From Lama glama (lineage: Eukaryota), in assembly GCA_028534125.1 (NCBI GenBank), contig CM052816.1, positions 61,010,001 to 61,074,000 on the forward strand: 64,000 nt of DNA, given 5' to 3'. The position numbers and the translations under genes were made by a program. Position 1 is the first letter of the stretch. Every line of letters starts with the position of its first letter. Positions 23,701 through 38,700 of the stretch are shown here, piece after piece. Under the pieces are notes generated by a model. That model saw only the letters and a program-made list of their open reading frames with translations, was not told where the DNA came from and searched no databases.

Positions 23701-26700
23701 AGTAAAAATCTTATACCCATTGTACTCAAATGTTTAAGCTTAAAGTGATAAATGAGTAATATAGCAATTATAAAATTTCTCAATGGCAAATGCATTAGCG
23801 TATTTTCTATCAGTATCAGGTTTCTCCTACCTTGAGAACAACAAATGAAATATTAAATTCTTATCAGTTATGACTGCCCCAGAATAATCATGAAGCCATA
23901 CCTCAAAAACATCATCATGATTAACAATATGCTTCAAGTTCTCAGAGGCTTTCATATTTGCAGTCACTGGTGGATTCCCAGGACTGATCTCAGCTTCAGG
24001 TTCACTGGTCTTCTGATTAGAGTTTCCTATCATATACTTTTCTCTTTCATCAGCCTTGCTTCTTACTGGAGTGGTACTTTCTGAAGTCTAAGTAAAAGAA
24101 AATAAATCTTGTATTAAAGTTTAGATGAAAATTTAGAAGTAATTTAGTATTTTCCTAGTCTAGATAAATTGAAGAAACCTGAAACATAGAAATGTCTAGC
24201 ACTCACAGATAAAATGCTCATTTGGGGAACAGGTGGTCCCAAAGGTCCATGAGCCACATTAAACTTTACAATTCAGCTGATTAGATGAAATTACATTTTA
24301 TCTTAAAAGTTGCAAAGCTGATGTTTATAACTGAGTCAGCTCAGCATGCTCAAACTCAGGTTAATTTTTTTTCTGCTCATTATAGAATGCATAATGACTC
24401 TAGCGACATGATAAAACTTCTGTTTCTGTGACACAATGTGGTAGAAAAAGTCCATTAAAGGAACATACAGTTTAGGGGTTTGTGTAAATTTCTGAAATAT
24501 TCCAACGAAATGCTGATGATCTGCCACAGCAATACATTTAAAATTAGAACTGGGTAGACTAGATCAATATTACCAAGGGAAAAGGCATTTCCAAAACAAC
24601 GAATTTTCTGGTATGTGTTATCTAATTCTTCCTTCAGACAATGGTTTTTCAAAGTACATGTTGACACTCCCACGCCCATCTGGATAGTCTGTAACTACAC
24701 TGAAGTGGTAATAATAGCCAGTTAGGGAGTTACTACAGCTTTTAGCTCAGGTATTGGAGAACATCCCCTTAAATGTGGGAGTACATTTTAGTGCATACAA
24801 AAAGGATCACTATATCAATTATCATTTTAAAATTTTACAGAACTTGAAATAGGTTTTGGCCAATGGTTTTGAATTGAGTTTTCTAACCTTTACACCCACA
24901 TCATTATTTACAACTTGCTGATCTTCATGAGGTTTCAAATCTTTCCCAGAGTCTTCATTACTCTCTTCATCTTTTAATCTATGTACAATGGTTTGAACAG
25001 TTTTGACCATATTTTTAAGTTCATCTGGGTATGGGGTTGGATATCTCTTTAAATTTCCCTCCTAGAAAAAGAGAATAAGTGAAAATTAAAATATAGATAA
25101 ATACTTCTAATGTCAACCTCAAAATTTAATCTATAATCCATCTTAATTACATTGCATATCTAGTGCATAGGAATAACTGTGAAGATAGATGATAGGCCTC
25201 TGAAAGCATTTTAAACTCAATAAAAGTACGGTTTTATTGACAGTCAAACTTCACAGTTACAGATTTTTAGTGTTTTAAAACCTTTTTTTCAGCTGACTTA
25301 AACGTATTCCATTTAGAGATACATGGTGTGGATATTGGCAACATTGTCACCTGGTTTTTAAACAGGTATGTGTTTTCCAGCTAGATAGTTATCCAAACAC
25401 ATAAAAAATGCCTGCATTATATCTTTTTTAAAAAAATTTCTTTGTACAATTTATTTTTATTTACTTATTTTGGAGGAAGGTAATAAGGTTTATTTATTTA
25501 TTTATTTTTAGAGGAGGTACTGAGGATTGAACCCAGGACCTCATGCAGGTTGAGCATGAGCTCTACCACTGAGCTATATACCCCCCTCCTTGCCTGCATT
25601 ATATCTTATGTGTTAAGAACCAGACACTTCCAAGGTCAGCCTAATTGTCATCTTCTGGGATTCAGCTAGTTTTATTATATAAGGGGAAGATAATCACATC
25701 CATAAGTAACTTGGAAATGTGTACTTGCTGTTTCTGTCACTGCGACACAGTGTCTTCATAAAGAAACAAAACATTCCTATCAAAGAGTTCTTTATCCCTA
25801 TAGTACATATAAATAAATCATTAAAGAAAGGAAAGGCAGAAAACAATCATCTGTTTTTCTCTTATGTTTACGCATAGTATGAAATTTAACTTTTAATCAC
25901 ACAATTTTATATTGTTCTCAAATTCTTTCACATGATAAATGTATTGGATCAGTAAAATTTCAAGTGCATTGAAGGCAAGGAATGAAACCAGTACTTCTTT
26001 GTATCCCCCAAAATAACACAGACTAGCTACACAGTACCTAATAAATACCAGCAGACCTCTCTCAAATCTGAACGAAAAAAGGTCAGACTCACCCTGGGAG
26101 GTGCCTCTCTCTCATCTTTGTCTTCATCACATTCAAATGCCACTTGAGCCCGCTGTTTTCTCTGTTCCTCCCATAATGAAGGGTTAAAACTTTCATTATC
26201 TGATATGAACATAACTAGAGAAAAACAAAAAACAAAACCCCACTATATTTTACTGTAATTACATATGAAAAACTATTACTTGCTCATAATTTTCTTTATG
26301 AGATATGTTCCTTTAGGTAAATCAAGACTGGTCAATCCCAGCAGCTATAAATTCTGTACTAACAGCTAGGCTGTGTGTTGAACATTTCTTTATAATACCC
26401 ATCATGTATCTTTTCTTCCCTAAAGCTGATTTGTCTTGTTTTGTTACCAAAGGATTCCTGAAGAGAATCCAGCAATCAAAACACTATAGATTAGTGATTT
26501 TGTGCAGTGTCCTACAAAAAGTAACACAGTAATATATAAATTATTTCATCCAAGTTCTGGCATTCAGAAATCTTCCTAATTCCAATATTGTTCATTATGT
26601 ATTGGGATGAGGAGGGTAATTTAAAACAGAAAGAGGGAAATAGTTTGGTAAAAAATGACTATACTGATGGCATGTAATTACATTTTTGCATTAAACATGA

Positions 26701-29700
26701 CATACAATATAGCTTTACTAAGTAAAATGATTATAAGGTATCTTCTACATCAAAATTAATGAAAATTTTAAAAAATAACAAAAATTGAAAATTTAACATA
26801 AACTCAACACTTACATATCCTATCTCTGATATAATATTAAAGATTTAACAATAGTGAGTTTTTTGCTTATTAGGTAACTAAAAAGAAAAAAAAACAACAA
26901 AAACCAAAGCTTAAAAAAATTAACGCATTTGACTATTATATATCACCTTATAGAAGTCTGTAGAGAAAACAGAAAAAAATCACAACTTATTTTCTGCCCA
27001 TTGAAAGAAAACAAGAATACCTACTCAAAACAAAAGGGATTAAAAGTACCTAAAATTAGCTAATAGAAAACTTAAATTCCTGGAATACCCAAATATGGTC
27101 AGTTTCATTACTTGTGCAAAAGCAGCATAATTATCATTTATTTTTAGTCCTTGTTTTGGACTTCTTTCTCTTTTTTAATCTCATATCCAAACTAAGAATG
27201 CCATGAAATGAAATATTATCAATGGGAATGAAGCTTTAGATTTGGCTTTTTCTTTGTTTTTACTGCTAGGCTCAAGAACTTTTTAACTGATTTGTGGAGT
27301 TGCTTAACATTAAATGAATTAGTGTTTTTGTTTGTGCAAAGTGGTTCAAATTCCTGGGTAACCCTACTGACGTACTTTTGTGGTATATATGGAAATGCAA
27401 GCAGGGCAAAGCAGTTCCAACAAAGTCTACTTCCAGGACTAAGATGATTTCCCCTCCCTTCTTAGGCTTGCTTTGTTACCAGAAGGATTCCTAAAGAGAT
27501 CTAACAAAAAAACTATAGATATGTGATTCTGTGCAGTTCCTCACAAAAAGTAACATGGTAATATATACATTACTTCATTCAAAATTTGGCATTCAGGAAT
27601 AATCTTCCTAATTTCTGATATTGTTCACTATATACTGGGGCAGGGGGGTGGGGTGTACGGGTAGACCCCCAATCACCAGCCTAGCCCAGAGATCTCTTAA
27701 GAGTTTTTTAGATCATGTCAAAGCAAATTTGACACTAGAAGTTTCTCAGAACCCCAAGGTAACTTTTACCATGCCTCTCACTCCTGTCAACTTTTGGTCA
27801 CTTGCACTTTCTTCCATTTAGTATAAATCTCACAGATTTTAACATTCAGGGCATTAGGTAATAATATCCTTTTTTTTTTTTTTTTTTTGTATTTTGGGTG
27901 CCACTCAACCTGATCACACTGGCATATTCCTTAAGGACTTTACTATTTCCTAGAGTGTTTCCCTCTACCTAAGACCTGGCAATATCTTGAATGATGACCA
28001 CGTGTGATGACCCCCCCTTGACAGTGCAATTTCATAGTTCTCGATGCCCTCGATTCCACTGTCCAGCTGCACTACACCCATGTGATTCACACCATGGTAA
28101 TACTCAAGACCTTAGCTTCTGTGATACTTTTCCACTTCACTGACCACTACCCTTGTCCTTCCAAATCATTCACTTCTTTTTTACTGCTAGTAAATACTGA
28201 GTTCCTTGATCTCATTTCTTTTTCTTCCTGTAAAACCACTGTAGGTTTTATTTCTCTATTCACCTTAGATTTCACGATGTATCATTTTTACCACTCTCAC
28301 ATTTCTTGTCCTTTTTCCTTAAGTCATACCTATCTCACAAATCCTGTCATGTGGTACTTGAATCATCTACCTTCTTTGCTCTGGAATTCTATCAGAGAAA
28401 AATGACATAACCTTGTTGGTTAGAACCACCACGAATTTATGCTACTGCCTCCTCTCTGCTCCATCTTCAATGCTGCTCAGGAATCCTATTTATCCCTACT
28501 CAGTCTTCTTGCCCACTTCAAATCACTACCGTTTCCCTCAGACACCTTTCCCATAACCTTTAGAGGCAATTTTTCTCTCTGACTGCACTAAGAAAATAAA
28601 TGTAATGAAACCCTTAGACTGACATTACACCCCAAAATCTGCTTTGGGCAGTTACAAACTTATTATCATATGAATTCATACTTCCTCTTTTTCCTGTTTA
28701 AGACTGATTCCTGTAATGAGGCCTTCTTTCAAATTTCTACATTATTATCCCCCTTTTATATCATGAGCTTCTTGAAAGCAAGGATTTACGATCTTAAATA
28801 CTTAGATCTAACACAATGCCTGGCACACAGGTGGTAATAAAAATGGAATGAATTAAATGTGAACTAATGTCTACTTTCAAAGTGTTACAAAATTCCAACT
28901 CAAGAACATTATGTTTTCTGACTCACCTATTTCTTAGAGGCATGTGATAAAGGAAAAGCTTTTCTTGCAGTTGAAAAATTCACCTCCAGGACCATGATGA
29001 ATGTAGTTTCTGATTCAGTATCAGTGTAATAGTTACACCACTCTCCTTATAATACCATAATACCCGTAGTGAAATACTTTTAAAAAATAAAAAAGTCTAA
29101 GAGGATTCAGAATATTATAAATTTATCTCAGACTTTTCTTCTGACTCTAAAATGCATCTACAAAGTCAAAAGTTAAAGTGGCAGGGTTTTATTTTGCTAC
29201 TTCTACTCTTCATATCAGAAATAAATTTCTTACCTGAACTATGATCACTTTTAAGAAGAAACAGTAAGAGAATAAATTGAAATGATAGAAAAAAGGAGGC
29301 CATGTGAATCATGAAAACAGAAAACCATAAAAAGATCAAGATATATGTATACCAATGATTAGAACAGTTTAGAGCAGGGGTCAGCAATGTTTTTTCTGTA
29401 AATGGTCAGATAATAAATATGTTAAGCTTTTGTGAGCCAAAAGACAAAATCGGGGATATTGTTATATAGATACCTTTATAACATGAGAAATCAAAACTCC
29501 ACAAGATTTTTGATAAATGTAAAATATATTAATAATTGAGTAACATTTTTTGTACTACAGCTGTACTAATGCAAAGACTGAAATTCTTAACTGTTGGAAT
29601 AACATTTTGCTTAACTGGGGTTCAACATTAGTGTTCACTATTATCAAACTGATGCAAATATTCACCTGCAAAAATTACAAATGGTTTTGAGTTGTTTTAT

Positions 29701-32700
29701 ACATGTTTGGTTACTTAAAAGTCAGTATAAAAAAAAAATCCTGAAGTCTCTATATGACAATAACAAAACCAGGGAGGCAAAGCACTAATAACACATTAAT
29801 ATAATAAAAACATCAAGATCAAACATGTCCCATGGAGACTGGTTCAATCACAGGGAAAAAATAATTTTGTTTGTATGGTATCTATAGTTGGTTTTTTCCT
29901 AGTATTTTTTGTTTTTATTATTTCTCTGAAACAATAAAAGCAGCAAAATAAAGTATAAGAATTAATTTCCCAAGTTTCCCTTTTCTAAGACAGGGGACAG
30001 AAAACTATTAAATGTGACTCACTCCCTATTTTGTATATTATTCACAAGATGCTCACTCTTACTATTTCCTATTATCCAGAAATCATCTTTAGAGACAAAG
30101 AAAAGTAGAAAATTGTGATACGAATCCCAATGACCAAAGCAAGCAAGCAAACAGACCACCTACTGACATATCTAACATTTACTAAAATTCCTAACACTGC
30201 AAGAGTAGGGGCGTATGTCCGAGTTGGTGTATCTATTCTGAACTTCCTAATTTCTACTGTACATAGAAAGTACTTGCATAAAACAAACACTGACTATCTA
30301 AAGCATAGTATACTGTATTCTGTTAGGGATACACATATGGAGATTAGAGGGTAGACTTAAATACATAGAAGAGAAATCTTGCTTATAAACCTGTTTTCTA
30401 AGCTTTAATTAAATACCCTCCAATGAGTGAAGCGATTTCTGTTTACATCTGACATCTCTCAAGTCTTAATTTCTAATTCAGTTCTAAAGCTAAACAGTTT
30501 TGCTTCATCCAAATAAATCTCATCAAATATACCCAGGAAATAACAACTTACCAGAGCAAGTCTCATTCCTTCTTGCAAAAAGCAAAAAATAATTAGCATA
30601 GAAGTAATGAGTTTCTAATTATTTATCATTAGTTACCGAACAAAAGTTAAATATCAGTTTTTAATCTGTTTAAGTAGTTCAAAACTGTTAGCTAAACCTG
30701 TCAAAACAATGTAAGAATAGTAACAAGCAATTTGATTCTGTCTCAGTGCTAAGCTCTTTATATCCAGTGTTTCTCATGTTAACAAATACTCTGAAAAATA
30801 AATACTATTACCATATTTCAAGATAAAGAAAGTGGAAACTCAATAATTTAACCTGCATATTGTGTATTTTAGAAAAATTAAAGTGAATGATTAATTTCAA
30901 TTTTTTCTTCTTTTTATATGCTCAGTTTTAACTTAAGGCCATAATGACTTTCATTGGTTTCAGAAAAACAGACACAAAAAAATAAACTTTAAGTGTAATA
31001 TATAATACATATTACACACCCACATCCACATATAGTACAACAAATATTAGAAACAATTTATTCCTTAATGTAAAAGGCATTCATACCATACATGATGAAA
31101 AGCATTTGTGGCCAATAGTAAAGGGTAAATTCCCCCTTTTGGCAAAAGGTAACAAAGAAATTAGAAGTAACACTTACAGGCAGAAATCTAGTGATAATTG
31201 TTATCTGTTGTGTAGATCCAAGGGCAGTATTAGGTTTACAACAGAAGCAAACAAAATATTTCCTGGCTTAATAATAGTCTTAATTATAGAACACTTAACA
31301 TGCATTCCTAACATTTAGTTAAATGAGATTTAGAATAGAGAGATCTGTAATAGATAAAGATCACTGTTTAATTTCAAGGAAGCATTTAAGGAAACGCATG
31401 AGACAGACAGACAGACAGACAGACAGACACCTGTAAATTCAACTATCTATAACCCTGGATGTTGCCTCCCATTGTCAGAGAACTTTATTAGCCAATTCTC
31501 CAAATTCTCTTCAAACTAGTAAAAAAAAAGTCTTTGAGACTTAAAATTCACTTCACACCTTTGCTGTGATTTGCCAGTATTTGGTTTTTAAAAGAAAAGA
31601 GATTCTTAAATTCCTACCATCCTCAGTCCTTGGCTGCTGAGGGAACATGTAGTTAGTAAGCACCATTTTTTGGGTCTCTGAATCAGTCTCTTTTTGAAGA
31701 GGTATCAGGGGTTTGGACTACGGAAAGAAAATAAATGTTTAATTTTCAATAATCCTAAAGCAAATACATATCCAACAATTCCCCTGAGTTAAGTACTCAC
31801 CATTTTTTCTATAAAGTATCCATGTGTAGACTACAAAAATATTTTTAATATACATAATAAAACTTTAAACACTGATTTAAAACCTTAAAAACATCTAAAA
31901 ACTTAAATTTTAATACAAACCAAACTCACACCATATTGTAATTATCAACGATTATCAACGATTATCAACATAGTTTTAAAAGTTCTCATGTACTAAGTAT
32001 ATCCACAGTCCAGTTAATTACTTACAGTGATTTAATAATGCTATAAACTAAGCCTTTCCATTTTATATTACTGTGCCCCTTCTAGTATTCCCCTTTGGGA
32101 AGACGCTTTTGCAGAAATGATTGAGAAGGTTTAGTCTTATCTGCAGGTTTATTTTAGCTGGAAAGAGAGTACTTAAAGCAAACATTAAGTTGTAACCTTC
32201 TCTCTTCTCCCCTGTGTCTTCTATCTCCACAAGTTAGTCAGTGGTGGAATTAGTATCCCAATTATTTCAGACCTCATTCTTCCTTAAGACTTTTTTCCTA
32301 ACTGGTTATTAAGTGTTCTCAATTTATTTCTTACTTTAACTTGTATTTTTGCCAGCCTACTGACCCAACATCATACCAATCCAAGCCTTGGCTGACTCCA
32401 GACAGGCAAGAACTGCCCAACCTTCTCACTCGTCACCCTATCAGTTAGTTAGTTCTTTGGACTTACTCTTGTGAAAACCATATAGCTAGCTAATGCCATC
32501 CTATAACCTTACTCTCCTTCAAACATTTCCTCAGGGCCCCTGTTCTTGTTCCACAGAAAAGATACTGCACTGCATCTCAAACACCTTCACTGAAAGCTTT
32601 CCTTGACCTTCGTAGACGACGGGAACAGTAGATCTACCCCTTTCCCAAAGACAGCACTTCCCTGAAGCCTTCCCAGATCCAGGATGCTTCTTCTCTCACA

Positions 32701-35700
32701 CCTTATAAACCTTAAGTCAGGAGGCAGAGTTACTGTTTACAAATGCTATGAGATCATCACTCCTCTCTCAAGTACAAATACCTCTTCTTTTGAGGAAGAT
32801 TAAGCCCTGCCCCTATCATTCTCTCTCCTTCCCTAAAATCCACTGACCTCCTGGTAGCACCCAACAATTTTTGACTCTTTTATGCCAAGTCTTCCCACAG
32901 TCAGGGGTAATTCAACAGATACAAAATGTAGATGACATAGCTATACTTTTATCCCAGGAATTTCTTAACAGATGAGGAGTGTATGGGAGGAAGAAAGAAG
33001 TTCACTTAGATGGACAAATCAAAATTATCTGGGAGTCTTTTAAAAACTAACCCCCCCCAAAAAGATTCTAAAATTAACTGTGGTAATGGTTGCACAACTC
33101 TTGAATATATTAAAAACCACCAAATTGTGTGCTTTAAAGTGAGTGAAGTGTATACAGCGTGTGATTTGTATTTCAATAAAGGTGTTATAAGAATACAAAT
33201 CATCTGTTAGAGTGCAAGGCAGAAAGCGACTGAGAACTATTTCACGAGCCACTCCATTCCCTTAATACTTCACTCCAATGATCTTTATTACTATTTCATT
33301 TTAGATACTCATTCTACTTCCTTGCCATAATTCCTACAATATAACCTGTTAAATATTCTTCCTCTGAAATCTAAAATCATTCATTCAACAAGTATTTACT
33401 AAGTGTCTCCTATATGCCAAAAGCACTATGACAGGAACTAGGTGTAGAGTGGTGAGCTAACCACCTTCACTGATTTTGTATAACTTAACAGTATATGAGA
33501 AGAGGGATAGTATGGACAAGAAATTACAGTCACCCCAATCACAACAATTTTCCACTGAGCTTGAATATAGGTTAGAATACTTCTAAAAAATAGTAATTTA
33601 TCAAAGTTGACATACAAGATGAAAAAAAAAATGTTTACAATCCTCGAAGCATAATGCAAACTCCCTTGCACGGCACACAAGATTCCCCATGCCCTGGTCC
33701 CTGTCCACCTCTTTGGCCTCATTTCCTACTCTTTCATCTCACAGGTTACGCTCTAGTCACAAAACCACTCGTAGAGTTACCAAATATACTACACTGCTTC
33801 AGTGCTTAGGCTCATGATACTCCTTCTAACCAGAATACTCTTCCCCTTTCTTTGTTTAAATCCTATGACTGCCTTGAGAAGATTTTATTACTCTCTTAGG
33901 CACTGCAGGCACCTCCTCCTCTGGGAAACTTGCCTTATTATCCTCAAGTTATGTATCTTTTCTTTGATCCTGAAGCCTACAGTCCTAGCAAGTTTTTAAC
34001 CATACTGTATTAAAACAACTTTCTTAATATCTGTATTTGGCCCTCCTTAGCCTGCCTGGCACAAAGTAGTTGTTCAATAAATAGTTCTTGACTAACAATG
34101 ACAAAATGAATGAGGGAATGAACAGTCAGTTATTCTCTTTAAGCCTTCAGAGGGACTTATGAAAAATTATGTCTTTGTATGTATTGCCTATAGATATATT
34201 CCCTACACCATCAGTGAAATGTGCAGGAACAATTTATTTTCATAATTCATAATTCAACTATTTTCACATACTTTCTCTCCTACATTTTGTTCTTTTATAG
34301 TGAAATGACTACTTCATACTGTAAGGGAGGTTTTATAGCTACACTGTATTTGTTTTAGTACTTTCTACATTACTATTTTGTCAAACCAAGGAAAACAGTG
34401 TCCCATTACTACAATTTTTGCTTTAAAGACAGGTGGCAAAACACTGCAAATATGAAGAAGCTGTAAAGATACTAAAAAACTTCACTAAGTCATTTTTAAT
34501 CCACATTTATCCACAATAATTTATCCACAGCTCAGGAGATATATCTCATTCATACTGTTTTAAGTACTTGGCATAAGCCAGGGCCAAGCAAATGTTTTGT
34601 GAATCCAGCTGCTAAATTTCAAATCCAGTTTCAAAAGTAAATACTCAATTAAGAGAGATGAGATAGTTAAGAGTTCCACATATATGAATTGACACATATG
34701 CAGTAATCACTTGTGTTCAAGCTCTAATAAAAGCAAAAGTATCATTTTAATATTTCCTTCCCTAATTCACAGAACAAGTAAATACTACAGTCTGATTTAT
34801 AAGTGTGGATCAGTATCAACTTAAGGCTTTTAAGACATTATTAAGAGTTAGGTGGAAAGGGGCTCTCAGTTAAGTTCAGAGAATCCTGAAACACATACAA
34901 GAGGGTTTCTTTACTGTAGTAACATATCAGAGTTGTTAATAAAATCCAAGAAAGGGATACAATCCTGTCTCCCAAGCAAATCTGACTGTGGAACTTAGGA
35001 CTATCACATGAGACAAGTGCATCTTGAAAAATATAGCTTTAGATAAATTATAAGATAATTTATAAGTCAAATACTAAGCATTAATTTATTTAAAAGATCT
35101 GCTGTGTTTAAAAAAAATTTACTAGTAAGAAATACTGAGAATAGATATGGAGAAAGGTTTCCTCATAATTACAGATAATAAGGTCACCCTTAGTTTTTAA
35201 GTAGGTTTACAACAGCCTACACTGTGAATCCTAAGACTAAGAATTGGCCATTTCAAATCATACCCAAAGTACACATTTGCAGATGTTTTTTTAACCAGTT
35301 AACTATAGCTACTATTTACAACTATGAGACACTAACTTTTAATTCAAACACCAAGGCAAATACAGAAATACATTATCTATGAAGTGTCCAAATGAAACTT
35401 AGCTTGAGTATATACTCATCATCCTGACCTTTATCCTTCCCAGGCGCTGTCATACACGTATACCAGGCTTCCATCACCAGCATTCCACTACAACCCCTCC
35501 TCCTCCACATCAGTAATTATCTCTATCTTGACAAGCCCAATGACCAGTTAGCAGTCCTCATCCACCTGACCCACCAGCAACGTCTGACACAGCTAGTCTT
35601 TCCTTCAGCACTTCCTTCAGATGGCTCTCTGGATAATACACCCTCCTCGTTGGCTGGTGTTTCTCAACCTCCTTTCGGGTTCCCTTTCATCCCTGAGTTC

Positions 35701-38700
35701 AATGTTTGACGTTCTTTACTTTTCTCTTGCTCCCTAGTAATTTCATGCACTCCCATGTTGTAAAGTCTCTTTGTACAATATTATTTTATCTCCAGCCAAT
35801 ACCTGAGTTCCAAACATAAATACTCAGCTACTGTTTTGACATTTCTACTTTAATATCTGATAAGGTTACTAAAATTTTAAACCAAACTATTAACTTCATC
35901 CTCAAACTTACTCCTCTCCCATCTCTCTTATCTCAGAAAACAGCAACTTCAATACTGTACTTCTTCAGATTAAAAATTTAAATCATACTTGCTTCTGTTC
36001 TTTCTCTCAAGTTCCACATTGAGTCCCTCAGTAAGTCCCTCTGGCAATATTTTAAAGATGCACCCCAAAATCTGAGCTCTTCTCACCAACTCCACTATTA
36101 ACGTATCAAGAGAAGCTGGGAACATTTCCTTCTAAACTAACTGCAACCACCTCCTTACTGAACTTTTTGCTTCCAGTAGAGAGCATTCCACCCTCACTCC
36201 CAGCACTCACAGCTCATTCCTCACGTAACAGCCAGGATGATCTTTTACAAATGTAAACCACATCTTGTCATTTCCTGGCAGGAAATACTCTAGCAGATTT
36301 TCACCTAACTCAGTAAAGCCCCAAGTGACAGCGCAGCCTGCAGGGTCCTATGTCTTCTAGTTTGTCTTCCTCTCTGATTTAAACGTATACCATTCTCTCC
36401 CTTGCTCACGATATTCCAGCCCTCTGGGCTTTGCTCTCTGCCTCAGCTACACAAAGCTCATTCCAATATTAAGGCTTTTACTCTTAGTATTTTTCTTTTT
36501 TTCAATCTGTTTTATTGTATAAGCCTAGAACTCCTTTTCACCTATAAACAAACTATTTTTTGCAGTTTTTTTTTTGTGGGGGGTGTAACTAGGCTTATTT
36601 ATTTATTATTTATTTTTAATGGAGGTACTGGGGATTGAACCCAGGACCTCATGCATGCTGAGCACCCACTCTACCACTGAGCTGTACCCTCCCCCTTAGT
36701 ATTCTTTAAATGCCCTCCCTCTCCGAATTCACCGTATGCCTCAGTCTTAATTTCATTTGAGAATCTGCTCTACTCTTTCTTCTTCAGAGACTTCCTAAAT
36801 CACTCTATTTAAAATATGATATTTACCACAACCCTGCTACTCTTGCAATGCCTATCAAGCTTTATTTTTCTCTGTAGCTCTGAAACATTATTACACAGTT
36901 ACTTATTTGTCTTTGTCTCCCATGAGGATATAAACTCAATGAGAATGAAAGATCCTATTTGCTTCATCAATATAAAACCAGCTCCCAGAGCAGTTCACGG
37001 CCTTCTCTAAGCTTTCGATAAATGTTTGTCAAACAAGGAAAAGTCCAAGGAACAGCTCTTAATTCCTTAGAAACAAAGACTCTTTAAGGTTTGTGAAAGT
37101 TCTTGATTAGAAGCATAATTTAAATTAATTATCAACTTTCTATAGACACATGCCACAGAGGATCGGATCTCCATAAAAACTTTAAAAAGTTATGGAGCAT
37201 TTTGTCTGATTTCCTAATCTATCTTTTCACAGACTGAAGAGAAACTAGACAAGCTCAATAAGACTTACTGTTCATGAATCTACACATATTTCACAAAAAC
37301 TATCTGTCTAAATACTTCCAATATTTTCCTTATATATATAATACATTTTTACATGTGTACCATAGTAGAATCGCTCTTAAATAATCCTATGTAAATCAGT
37401 ATGCATAATCATACAGCACAACTGGAATTTTGTTAATGTACAAAATCAGAATGCCTACCTGATTATCGGAGAGCCACATAGCAGTCAATTGCTGTAGCTT
37501 TGTAAAGCTAAAGGGCAAATTCTTTAATCTGTGGGAAAAAATACAAACAAAAATTAAACTTTAAGATGAGAAATGTTAAAATGAGAGCTAAATCTGATGG
37601 TTTTCTAAACAATGTTGTATTACTGCATATGAAAATAGGAAAAAAAATAGTTAATTCAGAAGAAAACACAATATAGGTGTCTGAACAGGACATAAGACAA
37701 ACTACTACCCAGTTTCATAGGAATTAATTTTAAATATATAATTCTTTAATTGAATCAACTTGGTTAGGGGGTAAAATGGAAAATCTAGTATCTTCAAAAA
37801 AAATTATCTGCTCAGTAAAATTGTTAACTATCCCTACCTCAATGCAAAGGAAAGAACAAATTAAGCAATGTCTCATAAAGTTGCTTTGGATATTTTAGTT
37901 GCATTTAAAGAGAACAAACTGTTACAGGAAGCACTCTTAGTAAGAATTTGTTATAAATACTGCATCCTCTTTATTTCATCGTGAGTCAGTACGTTCATAC
38001 TCAAGAAGACTATTTTAATACCAAAATGAATAAAAACAAACAGGAATACATAGTAGAACACTGAATTAGAATAGCATCCAACTTAAAACAGAACATCTAC
38101 TTACACCCTCTATCTTATGTCTATCTACTCTTCTATGCCTGACTTTCAAGGAACCTAGGGAATCTAGGTCTCCATAAACCTAGAGTGCTAGAATTTAGGC
38201 CTTAGTTTCGGGGTACAAAAGACGGGCTGAAACAGGGATTTAATTTTTAAAAGGCAGGCAGTGATTCTTCTTAAATAAAAGTCTGAATATCCTAACTAAT
38301 CAGAAAACTGAGTTTAAAGTTCTACCTTACAGGCTGTGTGAATCATCTTAAATCTGAGTCTTAACATTCAACTCCATAAAATGCTAATACCCATTTCATT
38401 ATTTCATCGGGCTATTTCGAGTACTTCATAAGATACTATTAAAGCAAAATATAAAAAAGCTCTATAAATGCTCTTTTATCATTATTAGTATTTTTACATC
38501 AGGAAAAATTATGGACGATCTCTTCTTAAACACTGTTTCAATTTAGCATCCTTACTGATCTATTCGCTCTGCACCTTGGATGTGCTGTCCAGGTTATTTG
38601 AGTGGGTGTCTGTCTAATCACACCTCTGCCCTGATTAATACAAGGAGTAGATTAGATTAAAAGTTGTTCTATTCAACAGGATTACTGAGTGAAGATCTGA

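Noticed and set aside
24330..24800. Possible intronic snoRNA or structured RNA
   Set aside because: I could not find properly spaced C/D or H/ACA boxes with supporting stems; an Rfam/Infernal scan would be needed.
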